A DNA stretch of 30,623 bases from a virus (lineage: Duplodnaviria > Caudoviricetes): positions 1 to 30,623 of the IMG/VR virus record IMGVR_UViG_3300005739_000090, one strand, 5' to 3'. Positions 6,008 through 15,074 of this stretch are shown one piece after another. Numbering within the stretch: position 1 is the stretch's first letter; each line of letters starts with the position of its first letter. The notes below the pieces were generated by a model, which worked only from the letters and a program-made list of their open reading frames with translations, searched no databases and was not told where the DNA came from. Made by a program: the position numbers and the translations under genes.

Positions 6008-7080
6008 TCCCATCTGACGCGAGGCGCGCCACGACGCATGCCGATGTGCAAGAACCGAGGTGCGGCGTATCCAAGGCTGTACGGCCAGTTCTGATCGACC
6101 CAGCGCTGCACGGCCATCATGTCCACTCCGTCGATCACGAAGTCCACCGCACCCACGCCCGGTGCGTCGTACAGGTGCTCCGAGCTCGAGGCACCACCCA
6201 CCAGCTTGTTGATCGCCACCGGCCTGTAGCCCGAGGTGATCACCACCGGCTTGCCGCCGAACTGCGCGCGCGCACGCTCGAGGAACTGCGCCAAGCGCAT
6301 CGCCGTGTCGCACTGGTGCTGGTGATCGAAGCGGCGCGCCTCTTGGCCGAGTGCAAACTCGCCGTAGGTGATGTGGGGCGTCAGCTTGTGGCTGAAGGGC
6401 GACTCTGGCGTGAACATCGCCGAGATCGGCCCGGTGGTCTGCCGCTCACGGCCCCACAGATCTCCCTCTGCGATGCGGCGCCGCTTCAGGCCGGCCTCCA
6501 CGTTGGTGCCGGGGTTGCGGTAGAGCAGCAGGGCATCGGGCACACCGGCCCAGTTCTTCTCGCGCAGCCTGGCGCTGATCGTCTCGAAGCCCTTGGCGCC
6601 GTAGAACCCGCTGCCAAGGTTGTAGGCGAAGCTCACCAGCGCGCACTTCCGGTTATCTTCCATCTCCACCCAGTAGGGCACTGTGCTGCGCAGCTTGGTG
6701 GCGATGCGGTCCACCTCTTGGCGCAGCAGCATGTCGGCCTCGACGGCGTTGATCTTGTCGCCGCGGCTGACGCGCCGGCCGTCTTGGTAGCGCGTGGTGC
6801 CGTAACCGATCGTCCACGGGTCGCCGCCTGATAGCGGGTCGGGGTATGCCTCGAGGTGGCAGCCCTCGAAGTCGCGAATCAGCTTCAGCGCCGCGCTTAG
6901 GTCTGCCTGCTTGCCGTCTTGGCTCCAGGTGTTGAACCATGCGCGATCACGCCGCATGGCGGCTGCGTAGCCGTTGACGGCGAGATCCTGCTCCAGCTGC
7001 TGGATTGCTGCAGCCTGGTGCGGCAGCGCCTTGTAGAACCGAAACAGCTGCTCGAGTGTGATCGGGCTGGGGTTGCTCAT
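6001..7080 (-). CDS. modular endolysin: N-terminal domain + GH24 lysozyme + peptidase M15
   Basis: FEGCHLEAYPD...WTIGYGTT, ALVSFAYNLG, GLKRRR.AE (lysozyme); TSGYR...VGGASSSEH...AVDF...FLHIG (M15). ATG at 7080. Confidence 0.93.
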   Translation of the reverse strand: MSNPSPITLEQLFRFYKALPHQAAAIQQLEQDLAVNGYAAAMRRDRAWFNTWSQDGKQADLSAALKLIRDFEGCHLEAYPDPLSGGDPWTIGYGTTRYQDGRRVSRGDKINAVEADMLLRQEVDRIATKLRSTVPYWVEMEDNRKCALVSFAYNLGSGFYGAKGFETISARLREKNWAGVPDALLLYRNPGTNVEAGLKRRRIAEGDLWGRERQTTGPISAMFTPESPFSHKLTPHITYGEFALGQEARRFDHQHQCDTAMRLAQFLERARAQFGGKPVVITSGYRPVAINKLVGGASSSEHLYDAPGVGAVDFVIDGVDMMAVQRWVDQNWPYSLGYAAPRFLHIGMRRGAPRVRWDY

Positions 7081-7220
7081 TGCTCGGTCCAAGGTGCGCG
7101 GATCCGCAGTTCGTCGGTGTGGATGATCGGCGGCGGGATGTTGGGCGGCTGCGTGTTGTGCCAGTCCTCGATCGCTGCGTCTAAACGCGCAGCCGTATCG
7201 ATGGCCGGGCCGCTCAGCGC
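7077..7220 (-). CDS. putative -1 frameshift extension of the holin-like protein (47 aa)
   Basis: Frame with no ATG/GTG/TTG, entered at A-AAA-AAG (7220-7226); its TGA overlaps the endolysin ATG. Confidence 0.6.
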   Translation of the reverse strand, partial: ALSGPAIDTAARLDAAIEDWHNTQPPNIPPPIIHTDELRIRAPWTEQ

Positions 7221-7354
7221 TTTTTTGGAAATGCCATCCGTGCAGCGGTCAGCAGCAGCTGGATCCAGCTGTTGGACTTGAGCGGGGTCAGGGCGATGAT
7301 CTCGCTACCTGCCGCGATGATGATCGCAATGATGGCGATGGTTTCGGGGTTCAT
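7214..7354 (-). CDS. putative holin (46 aa)
   Basis: Read manually: MNPETIAIIAIIIAAGSEIIALTPLKSNSWIQLLLTAARMAFPKKR*. Hydrophobic with a basic tail, upstream of the lysin. Alternative in-frame ATG at 7363. Confidence 0.7.
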   Translation of the reverse strand: MNPETIAIIAIIIAAGSEIIALTPLKSNSWIQLLLTAARMAFPKKR

Positions 7355-7378
7355 GGCATCCATGGCTCTGCCCTTAAG

Positions 7379-7612
7379 TTAGTCGCGAAGTTCAAGCGCG
7401 CGCACACGCTTATCAAGGTCTGCCATTTCAGCGCGCGCGTCGGTCTTCAGCTCATCCACTGATTTCGCCATCTGCACGATGGTGGCCTCGATCCGTGCGG
7501 ATTGCACCTGCATCGAAATCAGGAGCGCCCCGATAGCGACCATGCCAGCGGCGAGAGCTGCCGGGAGGGAAGCAGCAAAAACACCGCTGACGGTTTTGGT
7601 GTCGTCGGCCAT
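7379..7612 (-). CDS. single-TM coiled-coil protein of the lysis region
   Basis: LPAALAAGMVAIGALLISM followed by a heptad-like helix ending RVRALE. Confidence 0.75.
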   Translation of the reverse strand: MADDTKTVSGVFAASLPAALAAGMVAIGALLISMQVQSARIEATIVQMAKSVDELKTDARAEMADLDKRVRALELRD

Positions 7613-7682
7613 CGGGGCGCTTTGGCTCGGTCACATCGTAGCGATCGGGACCGTTACCGATCTGCGGCGATGTCGCAAGCGG

Positions 7683-7823
7683 TTAGCCGCGGCCCTGTCC
7701 CCGGAGCTTCTTGCGGCCTCTGCGACGTGGCCGCGAATGTTGGCCAAATCCTTGGCGTGTGGTTTTAGGCGGCCCGGCTTGGTGATCGAGGCGGCCGGTG
7801 CCGGTTTTAGCGCGAACAGCCAT
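7683..7823 (-). CDS. small highly basic protein (46 aa)
   Basis: Read manually: MAVRAKTGTGRLDHQAGPPKTTRQGFGQHSRPRRRGRKKLRGQGRG*. TGATG overlap with the upstream gene. Confidence 0.7.
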   Translation of the reverse strand: MAVRAKTGTGRLDHQAGPPKTTRQGFGQHSRPRRRGRKKLRGQGRG

Positions 7824-8347
7824 CAGACTGCTTCGCCACTGACAACAGGCTCCAGCCCATCAGCAGGAGCAGGCTCAGCAGGAGCAGGGGCATAAGGATC
7901 ACTCGGCCAAGCGGGATAGTCAGCGCCCGTAATGTATGCGGCCAGCTCAGGTGTGTTGAGCGTGGCGGCGATTGCAGTGATCTTGTCACCGGCAGCAAAG
8001 CGCACATCCTGCCGCCAGGTTTTAAGCAGTGGATCGGCGGCTTTGCCGTTGTCAGCCTCGCGGATGATGATCCAGTCGGTTGGTGCCAGCAGGGTGTTGG
8101 CGGTGGTGCGGGTTTGCTGCGTCCACTGCTCCACCAGTTGCGCGTGATCTTTGGGGATCAGATGGCCCTCGGCGTCATAACCCCAGTAGAAGCGTTGATC
8201 GTATGCCGGTGGGTCGGGCACTTCCTCGATGCCGATGGCGGCGCGTTCCTCGGGACTGCTCAACCTCAGCCAATTAGCCGGGTATTGCACACCCATGTGC
8301 TTGAACGGGGCGTCGGGACTTAGGGGGCGTCCGTCGAGGATGAACAT
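7823..8347 (-). CDS. tail fibre assembly chaperone-like protein
   Basis: Follows the fibre gene; YPANWL...ERAAIGI and LL..TDW...R...WRQ.VR...WP motifs. Confidence 0.7.
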   Translation of the reverse strand: MFILDGRPLSPDAPFKHMGVQYPANWLRLSSPEERAAIGIEEVPDPPAYDQRFYWGYDAEGHLIPKDHAQLVEQWTQQTRTTANTLLAPTDWIIIREADNGKAADPLLKTWRQDVRFAAGDKITAIAATLNTPELAAYITGADYPAWPSDPYAPAPAEPAPADGLEPVVSGEAV

Positions 8348-8370
8348 GGCTTTAGTCTCGTAGTTTTAGG

Positions 8371-10803
8371 TTAGCGCGCCCTGCTGCTTTGGAACGGATG
8401 CTCAGCGAAGGCGGCGTAGACGTATGTGCCCCCGCTGGCGTTACGGGCTGCATCACTTGTGCGTAATTTGAAACCGTTACTTGTAATGTCTACGTTGTAC
8501 GCCGAGTCTGAAATCTCAGCGTCGGAACCATTGGCCCACAGGTTTGTATTCGCAGTGTTATAGGTGTTGCGTGCTGTGTCATACAAATGCCAATAGCTTG
8601 TAGAATCTGTTCTTTTAATCATCACCCACCTCGGCCTAAACCCGGTATACACAAAGGGTCCATCTGACGACCCATTTCCGGTGTACGAACCGAAGGCGCT
8701 ATAGCCCGCCACGGGGGCCCAGCAGTAGGCGACAAGTTTATCTCCATTTGCATTAATTCTTGAATCGGATCCCAAGCTAAACAAACTAGATGTTGGAGAC
8801 GTATCATTCCAATAGGTTGAATCTGTGTCTGCTGCATTTGTGCTATTAAGACGAATAACTTTTGTTGCACCTAAGGATGTGTGATATACCGCCCAAGAGG
8901 TAAGTCCGTCGCGGTTTTTAATCACAATGAATGATGGTGCCACTCCTAAACCATGCCCCACGGTGGCGTTTGAACCTGTGCCCGTATAAGTCACCACGCT
9001 GAACCCTGCCGAGATGTTGGCGCGAACGGTGCTGGTTATCGAGCCCGAAGTATTGGTCGCATTGCTGGTGCCGGCGTCCCAGGTCCAGGCGACGTGCGCA
9101 TAAGTATTGTCGTTGAATCTTGAAGTATTACCTAAAGAGAATCCATCCGAGGTAAAAGCTGTAAGCGAGTTTGTGTCTGTCGCGTTCTCTGCGTTTGCGT
9201 TGTTTGAACACAGCGATTTTTGAGCGCCGCGCACAGTGTCAAACAGGCCGTGATTCTCAGCATTTGTGCGTTGCTTCAGCCAGACAAAATCCGGGCTAAA
9301 CCCCAACCCACTGATCGTTTGCGTGCTGCCATTGCCGGTGTAGAGCTTCACATCCATCACCGTGCTCGGAAGGGCAATGGTCGGCGCTGGCAGGCTGGTG
9401 TCGCACAGGGCCTTGAAGCCGCTTGGGGCGGTGTAGGCGAAGGGGCGTTGGCCGAAGTTGCAGCTTACAGAAGTGTAATAGCCGGTATTGATAAGCGGAA
9501 AGATCTCACCAGTAACGTCGGTAAAAAAGGCTCCAGTACCAGACGCAGGATTGCCGCTATTCAACCATGTACCGTTCTTTCCAAAATAGATCTTTGAGTT
9601 GTCCATGTCCAATGCAAACATCCCGATGTCGCCATTGGAGAAAAGCGCATCGGAACCAACAAGCGTTGAATTGTGAGCGCCTCGACCGCCATAACCGGGA
9701 TAGTCAGTCATGTAAATAATCCACTCATCTGCGCCGTTAGCTTGAGATAGTGCAGGAGCAGACTGCCTGCAGATGCCTATACGAGGACTAACACCTCCAT
9801 TGCTGAGAGTATTTAGACGTACTTCCCAGTACCACTTACCCGTCCTGACTCCTATCGTTCCTTTCGACGACGAAGGTGATTCAACTAGTGATAACTGGTC
9901 GAGGTTGCCGTTTGAAATTGTCAGATATGACGAGCCTGGGCTCGTGAGCGGGTTAATAGTGCAATAATTCCCCCTCACCTCCCCACCAGCGCCTGTATCG
10001 GTGCCGTAAGAAGTCGGGGTGTCTACGAGGGAATCGTTGCCTGCACCAGCGGTGACGGATAGGTTCGTTGGGCTCCAGTTGTTGGAATTCCCGCTGTAAT
10101 CCTTGCCAAGGGTACTGGCAGTGTTGTTGCTGTTATCGCTGAACTTCAGCCAGAAGCCGTTAGTGCCGAAACTGCCTGAGTAAGCCTTCGGGATGAGCTG
10201 GCCTGTTGTTGCGCTGGTCTCGGTGAAGCTGGATGGTGTTAGGGCTTGGCCGTCGATGAAGTGAATGTCGGCGAGGTAGCAGTTAGAAGTGGCACCAAGT
10301 CGATGCTCAACTGTGTTGCTTACAGAGGTCTCGTCGTTGAGGCTTGGATCACTTGAGGCGCTAAACGCAGTCTGCTGCACACCATTTACATAAAGCTTTA
10401 TTCGATTTGCCGCTGTTGACTGAGTGGTATCCCAAGTCAGGACGATGTGATACCAAGCCGAAGGATCTCTAAAAACAGCAGTGGTCGTTCGCCAAGCAGA
10501 GTTATAGCCACCCACTCGTAAAACACCGGCGCTGGATTGCCAGCGCAAGTCAAAGTAGTCAAGCTGCGCTGTCCCTGAGCCATAGGCATAAAACAAGTAA
10601 TCGTCTGTGGCGTCATAAGGTCCACTTAGCTTCACCCACGCCGCCCACGTCCACGTCTTCCTGTTGCCCGCTGATGCCGGGGTGCGGCTGAGGTACGCCG
10701 AATCCGCTGAGTTGAACCGCAGCGAACGCTCTACCTGATACCCACCAGCAGCACCAGCCGGCGCGTGGAACAGCAGCGGGTTGGCCGAACCGGGAACGAG
10801 CAT
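8371..10803 (-). CDS. tail fibre/receptor-binding protein with ConA-like (LamG) and SPRY-like domains and three C-terminal repeats
   Basis: WTWAAWVK...WYHIVLTWD...IKLYVNG (LamG); GKWYWEV...GDIGMFALDMDNSKIYFGKNG (SPRY); YTG.G...G..P....K repeated three times. Confidence 0.85.
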   Translation of the reverse strand: MLVPGSANPLLFHAPAGAAGGYQVERSLRFNSADSAYLSRTPASAGNRKTWTWAAWVKLSGPYDATDDYLFYAYGSGTAQLDYFDLRWQSSAGVLRVGGYNSAWRTTTAVFRDPSAWYHIVLTWDTTQSTAANRIKLYVNGVQQTAFSASSDPSLNDETSVSNTVEHRLGATSNCYLADIHFIDGQALTPSSFTETSATTGQLIPKAYSGSFGTNGFWLKFSDNSNNTASTLGKDYSGNSNNWSPTNLSVTAGAGNDSLVDTPTSYGTDTGAGGEVRGNYCTINPLTSPGSSYLTISNGNLDQLSLVESPSSSKGTIGVRTGKWYWEVRLNTLSNGGVSPRIGICRQSAPALSQANGADEWIIYMTDYPGYGGRGAHNSTLVGSDALFSNGDIGMFALDMDNSKIYFGKNGTWLNSGNPASGTGAFFTDVTGEIFPLINTGYYTSVSCNFGQRPFAYTAPSGFKALCDTSLPAPTIALPSTVMDVKLYTGNGSTQTISGLGFSPDFVWLKQRTNAENHGLFDTVRGAQKSLCSNNANAENATDTNSLTAFTSDGFSLGNTSRFNDNTYAHVAWTWDAGTSNATNTSGSITSTVRANISAGFSVVTYTGTGSNATVGHGLGVAPSFIVIKNRDGLTSWAVYHTSLGATKVIRLNSTNAADTDSTYWNDTSPTSSLFSLGSDSRINANGDKLVAYCWAPVAGYSAFGSYTGNGSSDGPFVYTGFRPRWVMIKRTDSTSYWHLYDTARNTYNTANTNLWANGSDAEISDSAYNVDITSNGFKLRTSDAARNASGGTYVYAAFAEHPFQSSRAR

Positions 10804-11610
10804 TTACTTGATGTCCGAGATCAGGCGTGCAGAGATGCGGCTTGAGCTGTCCACGAAATAGACCAGCGCATCCACGGATGAGGCCGCAGTGGTCAGCGTA
10901 GGTGCAGTGCCACCGGGAAACTTGAACTGGTTTCCGAAGGCGAGTGTCCGCGAACCCGTCCCGTCCTGCGAGATCAGGATCACGCCCGACTGACCGGCTG
11001 TGAGGTTTGTCGGGTTGGCCAGTGTCCGGTTGCCGCCAAGCGTGACGCTGAAATTGTTCGCCACCGCAAAATCAGGCGTGATCGTGGCGCCATCAGTTAG
11101 CGCCGAGATGGTGCCGCGCTGCGCTGCGGTGAACGTCTGCGCTGTTGCCAGTGCCGCCCGGCTCACCCAGCTGAGCGCGCCAGAGCCGTCTGTGGCCAGC
11201 GTCTGGCCGGTGGTGCCGTCCGCGTTAGGCAGCGTCCAGGTGATGTTTGCCGCCACCGTTGCTGCAGCCTGCAGCGCTACCCAGTTGCTGCTGTCGCTAT
11301 CTGCAAACCGCAGATCGCTCTGCGCGTTCAGCGTGATGTCGCCGGTGAACGTTGCGCCGGTGGTGCTCACTAGGCCAAGGTTGGCCAGCGTCACGTCACC
11401 GATCGTGATCCATGCGTTGTTCGCCGCATTGCGCAGCTTCAACAGCGCTGGCGTCACGCCGGTGTCGATCCACCACTGATAGGCGTAAGTGGTGGTCGGT
11501 GCGGTCGATCCGCTGTTCTGGCTGACAATCGCCGCCAGGATCGTGTTCAGCTCAGAGCGGAAGTTTGCCCCGCTCTGATTGGACAGCACGTAGTCAGTTG
11601 CCTGAGCCAT
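10804..11610 (-). CDS. tail fibre base/adapter protein
   Basis: T/A/G/S-rich; directly after J; N-terminal D.V..N.SGA.FR..LN..L.A motif. Confidence 0.75.
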   Translation of the reverse strand: MAQATDYVLSNQSGANFRSELNTILAAIVSQNSGSTAPTTTYAYQWWIDTGVTPALLKLRNAANNAWITIGDVTLANLGLVSTTGATFTGDITLNAQSDLRFADSDSSNWVALQAAATVAANITWTLPNADGTTGQTLATDGSGALSWVSRAALATAQTFTAAQRGTISALTDGATITPDFAVANNFSVTLGGNRTLANPTNLTAGQSGVILISQDGTGSRTLAFGNQFKFPGGTAPTLTTAASSVDALVYFVDSSSRISARLISDIK

Positions 11611-14600
11611 CAGCTGATCTGCCTGCCGTGACCGACGGCTTGATAGTCGAAGACCTTGCTCACCATGCTACCCCCGCTGTTCCTGAATGTAACGGTGAAG
11701 CCGGTGCGCGTCACGCTGGAAACCGTGAAGTAATCACCAGAATCCATGTCCTGCGCGGTGATGCCGATACTTGGCGTGCCATAGAACGCAGTTGGGAAGG
11801 TCACCGCGTAACTGCCTGCACCGCTGGTGAGATTGCGCTGCGTTTCGGTGCGGCGCTGGAAGGTGGTCACCACGCCTAGGTTCTCGACCACCACGTTTTG
11901 CGCCGGGTTGCTGCTGGTCGCCACCACCTTGAACTGCAGGCCGCGGCCGCGAGTGGTGTTGTTCACGAACGGCTGCCAGCTGCCCCATGTGGGGGTGCCG
12001 CTCGGGTCGTTCGCGGTAGTGCGGACGTACAGCTGACAGTTGGCGGCGCCGAGGTCGTCACCATCGATGTCGTCCCAAGCGTCGATCAGGCCAAGCCGGT
12101 CATCCCATGCGTTACCGGGCTCAAACGCCCTAGTCTGCAGGATGGCGCGCAGGTCGAGGTCGTAGACGCCGCCAAGGTCGAGCGTTTCTGAGAACTGATA
12201 GGTGCCCTCACTCGCTGCGCCGCCGATGTAGTCAATCAGTCCCAGCGCGTCCCAGTCGCCATCGATGGCCATGTCATCGATCAGCGTGTCAGATGCCAGG
12301 ATCAAGCCAAGCTCAGCCTCGCTGTAGGCCATGTTGGTGCCGGTGCCGTTAAACGGCGGGCTGTTGTCTTCCTCGCGGTATTCCTGGATCAGCTGCGCAT
12401 CCTGCGGCGCCGGCAGGTCCACGATCACGCTGGCCACGCCATCGGACTCGTTGCCGAGTGAGTCAACCGCGCGGATGAAGTAGGTGCCCTCAAGCAGCGG
12501 CACAATCTTGCGCGTGCTGCCGCCATTCACCGCCGGCACGATGTCGTTCGCGCGGCCCCAGCTGGCGCCCTCCAGCAGCGGGGTGTGACGGATCCGCACT
12601 TGGCCGCCGATGCGTACGTCGAGATCAACGGACTGCGGCCAGTAGAGCTCGGCGTTCTTGTCGTCGATCGGCGCGATGAACAGGTCTGGGATCGTGCTCG
12701 GCGGTGCGGTCTTGCCGATGGCGTCAAAGGTGAACGTGGACGGCTCGGATGCCTTCTGCGCTTGGTTGAGCGACGACACCTCAAACTCGTAGCGCCCTAC
12801 GCCGGTGTTGAAGATCTCGTACTCAAAGCTGTCGGTGTTAGTGCCCCACCAGTTGTTGTCGGCCAGCCGGTACTTGAAGAAGTAGCGCGCAGCAGTGGGC
12901 ACCGGCTGCCAGCTGACGATCAACTTGCTGAGCACTTGGCCGTTGCTTTCGTACAGCACTTCCTGCACGCCGATGTTTGTCGGCGCTGGCGGGATGACGT
13001 TGAGGTTCGTCACGTCCCGCTGGCTAAGCGGCACGTCGCGCTCGATGTAGTCGTACTTGTCGAAGTCGTACCAAAGGGCGGTGATGGCGTAGGTGGCGTC
13101 TTCTGTTTCTTGCACCGTCAACACCCGCCACAGCGTGGGACGGATGTCGTCGGATGTGATCACAAAGATCGCGCCAGGCTGCGGCGTCTGCGTCAGCTCG
13201 GTGACCAGCGTGATGGTGTTGCCGTTCACCTCACCGATTGCGCTTGAGCCAAACGTGCCATCAGGCAGCAGCACCCGGATCGCAGGGTTCAGGTTGCTGT
13301 TCGGGATGATCGTGGCCGTCGTGTCATCGATCACGATCTGCGTGGTGGTGGCTGTGACCACGCGGCCGCCGCGGCGTTCACCGCTGCGCACTGGGTCATA
13401 GATCTGAATCACCTGGCCGGGCCGCACCACCGTGCCGGCCGATACGGTCGTGGTGAAGCTGACCACCTCAGTGGCGTATTGCTCGGAGTAGAGCAGCCAT
13501 TCGCCTAGGCGCCGCGCTTGGCCGCGAGAGGTGCAGGCAAACGCCGACACCTCAGCCTTGACCACGCCGTACTTGGTGATGCCGGCTTGATCCTCCACCA
13601 CCTCATAAGCGATGTCTCGAGTTTCGAGATCGAGATAGGAAACCACCGCGACGGTGTGGCGTGTCTTGAGGCTGCTGCCGCTGTAGCTGAAGCCCTCCTC
13701 TGTGACGTTGGCGAGGGTGAAGGCGTAGGAGAAGGCAGCCGGAGCATCCTGCGCGATTGTGAGCGCGCCGGTGCTCCAGAACGGCATGGCACGGAACACC
13801 GAGCACATGTCGTTAATCAGCTTGTACGCCTCCTCCTGCGTCTGAATGTTGACGTTGCAGGAGAAGCGCGGCTCAAAGCCGCCATTCCCATCTGGTAGAC
13901 CGTGCTTACCGTTTGGCCCGTAATCCTCAACGCTGCCGTTCGGTCTGGTGTTCAGCGCTGAGCAGTATTTCGAGGCGGCGAAAAATGACCACTTATCGAG
14001 CTTGCTGGTGTCGATGTGATCACCGAAGCCATAGCGCGTGCTGGTTAGCAGATCCCACAGGATCCACGCCGGGTCAGAAGTCCATTGGGTGCCGCCCCAT
14101 GTGTAGCCGTCGCTGGTGCTTTGCGTGAATGTGCCATCCCAGGGTTCGTCTTTGTAGATCAGCGCACCGCGGGCAAACGGTCCAAGGCCAGGGCGTGCGT
14201 TGCTGGGAATCTTGACCTTGATTCCACGGATGCGGTAGCTGCGTGATGGCACACTGCTGAACTGCTCAGCGTCCACCACCAGGCCCATGAGGGCGCTGTT
14301 TGGATAGCGCAGCTTTGCGTAGGTGATCTCTGTGTAGTTACTCCAGAAGAACTCATCAACGATTGTTTCTCCGCCTGTGCCTGAGGCCGGTGCGTTATCC
14401 GTTACGCGAACCACTCGAACGTCAACGGGCGGCGTTTGAGTGAGATCAAACCGATAGGCGCGCTGATAGAGATCAGTGGTGCGGCCTCTAACGGTGTCAT
14501 CTATGACGGTCGTGAATGGGCCGCCACCGTAGGAGACTTGGATCTGGATTCTGACTTCGCGTCCTTCGATGTCACCGTTGGACTTGAAGTATTGGATCTG

Positions 14601-15074
14601 CGGGAAATTGAGAGTAACACGAATGGAGTCAACATTCGCGTTTGTGATGCTGCGCGTTACAGGGCTGTCTTTTAAGACTTTGACGCCTACGGGCACCTCG
14701 TTCTCGTTTTGGCGGTAGCCTTCAATCCACGTTTGATCAGTTGTGCCGTATCGAGGGTAAAGCTTAACGTCGCGAAAGTTGTAGTCCTTAGTTTGCAGGT
14801 TAGCGATGTCCGCCGATGGTTGCAGGATTGGCGTGTTGTTTAGGAATATATCTTTTGCCAGCGCTAGGTTGTATTCGGCGCTGTTGTGCGCAAAGTTCCG
14901 AGCAGAGGGGAAGCCCTCGATCTCTCCTTCGCTCAACAGGTCCAGAACCCGCGCATACTGCCGAGAGTCGAGGTTGTCTTTCCTTACGTTCGGCCCGCCG
15001 CCGCCGCCGCCGCCGCCCTTGCCGCCGCCACCGCCACCGCCACCGCCGCTGATCAGCTTGTGCTCGGCGCTCAT
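11610..15074 (-). CDS. central tail tip / host specificity protein (lambda gpJ family)
   Basis: LDLLSEGEIEG, YPNSAL.GL..DAEQF, WTSDPAWILWDLLT..RYG.G, ACTSRGQARRLG.W; FN3-like repeats. Confidence 0.95.
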   Translation of the reverse strand: MSAEHKLISGGGGGGGGGKGGGGGGGGPNVRKDNLDSRQYARVLDLLSEGEIEGFPSARNFAHNSAEYNLALAKDIFLNNTPILQPSADIANLQTKDYNFRDVKLYPRYGTTDQTWIEGYRQNENEVPVGVKVLKDSPVTRSITNANVDSIRVTLNFPQIQYFKSNGDIEGREVRIQIQVSYGGGPFTTVIDDTVRGRTTDLYQRAYRFDLTQTPPVDVRVVRVTDNAPASGTGGETIVDEFFWSNYTEITYAKLRYPNSALMGLVVDAEQFSSVPSRSYRIRGIKVKIPSNARPGLGPFARGALIYKDEPWDGTFTQSTSDGYTWGGTQWTSDPAWILWDLLTSTRYGFGDHIDTSKLDKWSFFAASKYCSALNTRPNGSVEDYGPNGKHGLPDGNGGFEPRFSCNVNIQTQEEAYKLINDMCSVFRAMPFWSTGALTIAQDAPAAFSYAFTLANVTEEGFSYSGSSLKTRHTVAVVSYLDLETRDIAYEVVEDQAGITKYGVVKAEVSAFACTSRGQARRLGEWLLYSEQYATEVVSFTTTVSAGTVVRPGQVIQIYDPVRSGERRGGRVVTATTTQIVIDDTTATIIPNSNLNPAIRVLLPDGTFGSSAIGEVNGNTITLVTELTQTPQPGAIFVITSDDIRPTLWRVLTVQETEDATYAITALWYDFDKYDYIERDVPLSQRDVTNLNVIPPAPTNIGVQEVLYESNGQVLSKLIVSWQPVPTAARYFFKYRLADNNWWGTNTDSFEYEIFNTGVGRYEFEVSSLNQAQKASEPSTFTFDAIGKTAPPSTIPDLFIAPIDDKNAELYWPQSVDLDVRIGGQVRIRHTPLLEGASWGRANDIVPAVNGGSTRKIVPLLEGTYFIRAVDSLGNESDGVASVIVDLPAPQDAQLIQEYREEDNSPPFNGTGTNMAYSEAELGLILASDTLIDDMAIDGDWDALGLIDYIGGAASEGTYQFSETLDLGGVYDLDLRAILQTRAFEPGNAWDDRLGLIDAWDDIDGDDLGAANCQLYVRTTANDPSGTPTWGSWQPFVNNTTRGRGLQFKVVATSSNPAQNVVVENLGVVTTFQRRTETQRNLTSGAGSYAVTFPTAFYGTPSIGITAQDMDSGDYFTVSSVTRTGFTVTFRNSGGSMVSKVFDYQAVGHGRQIS
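14996..15048 (-). repeat. GGC/GGT trinucleotide run encoding the poly-Gly N-terminus of J
   Basis: G9-K-G8 in the translation; an expanded form of the usual Gly-rich J start. Confidence 0.8.

Noticed and set aside
7352-7363. Lambda S-type dual-start motif (M-D-A-M) in the holin
   Set aside because: The extension is acidic rather than carrying the Lys/Arg of known dual-start antiholins, and neither ATG has a clear SD. Kept only as an alternative start.
8371-10803. Diversity-generating retroelement target
   Set aside because: No reverse transcriptase and no TR/VR nucleotide repeat pair seen in this window.
14996-15048. Phase-variable simple sequence repeat in J
   Set aside because: Trinucleotide units preserve the frame, and Gly-rich N-termini are usual for gpJ.
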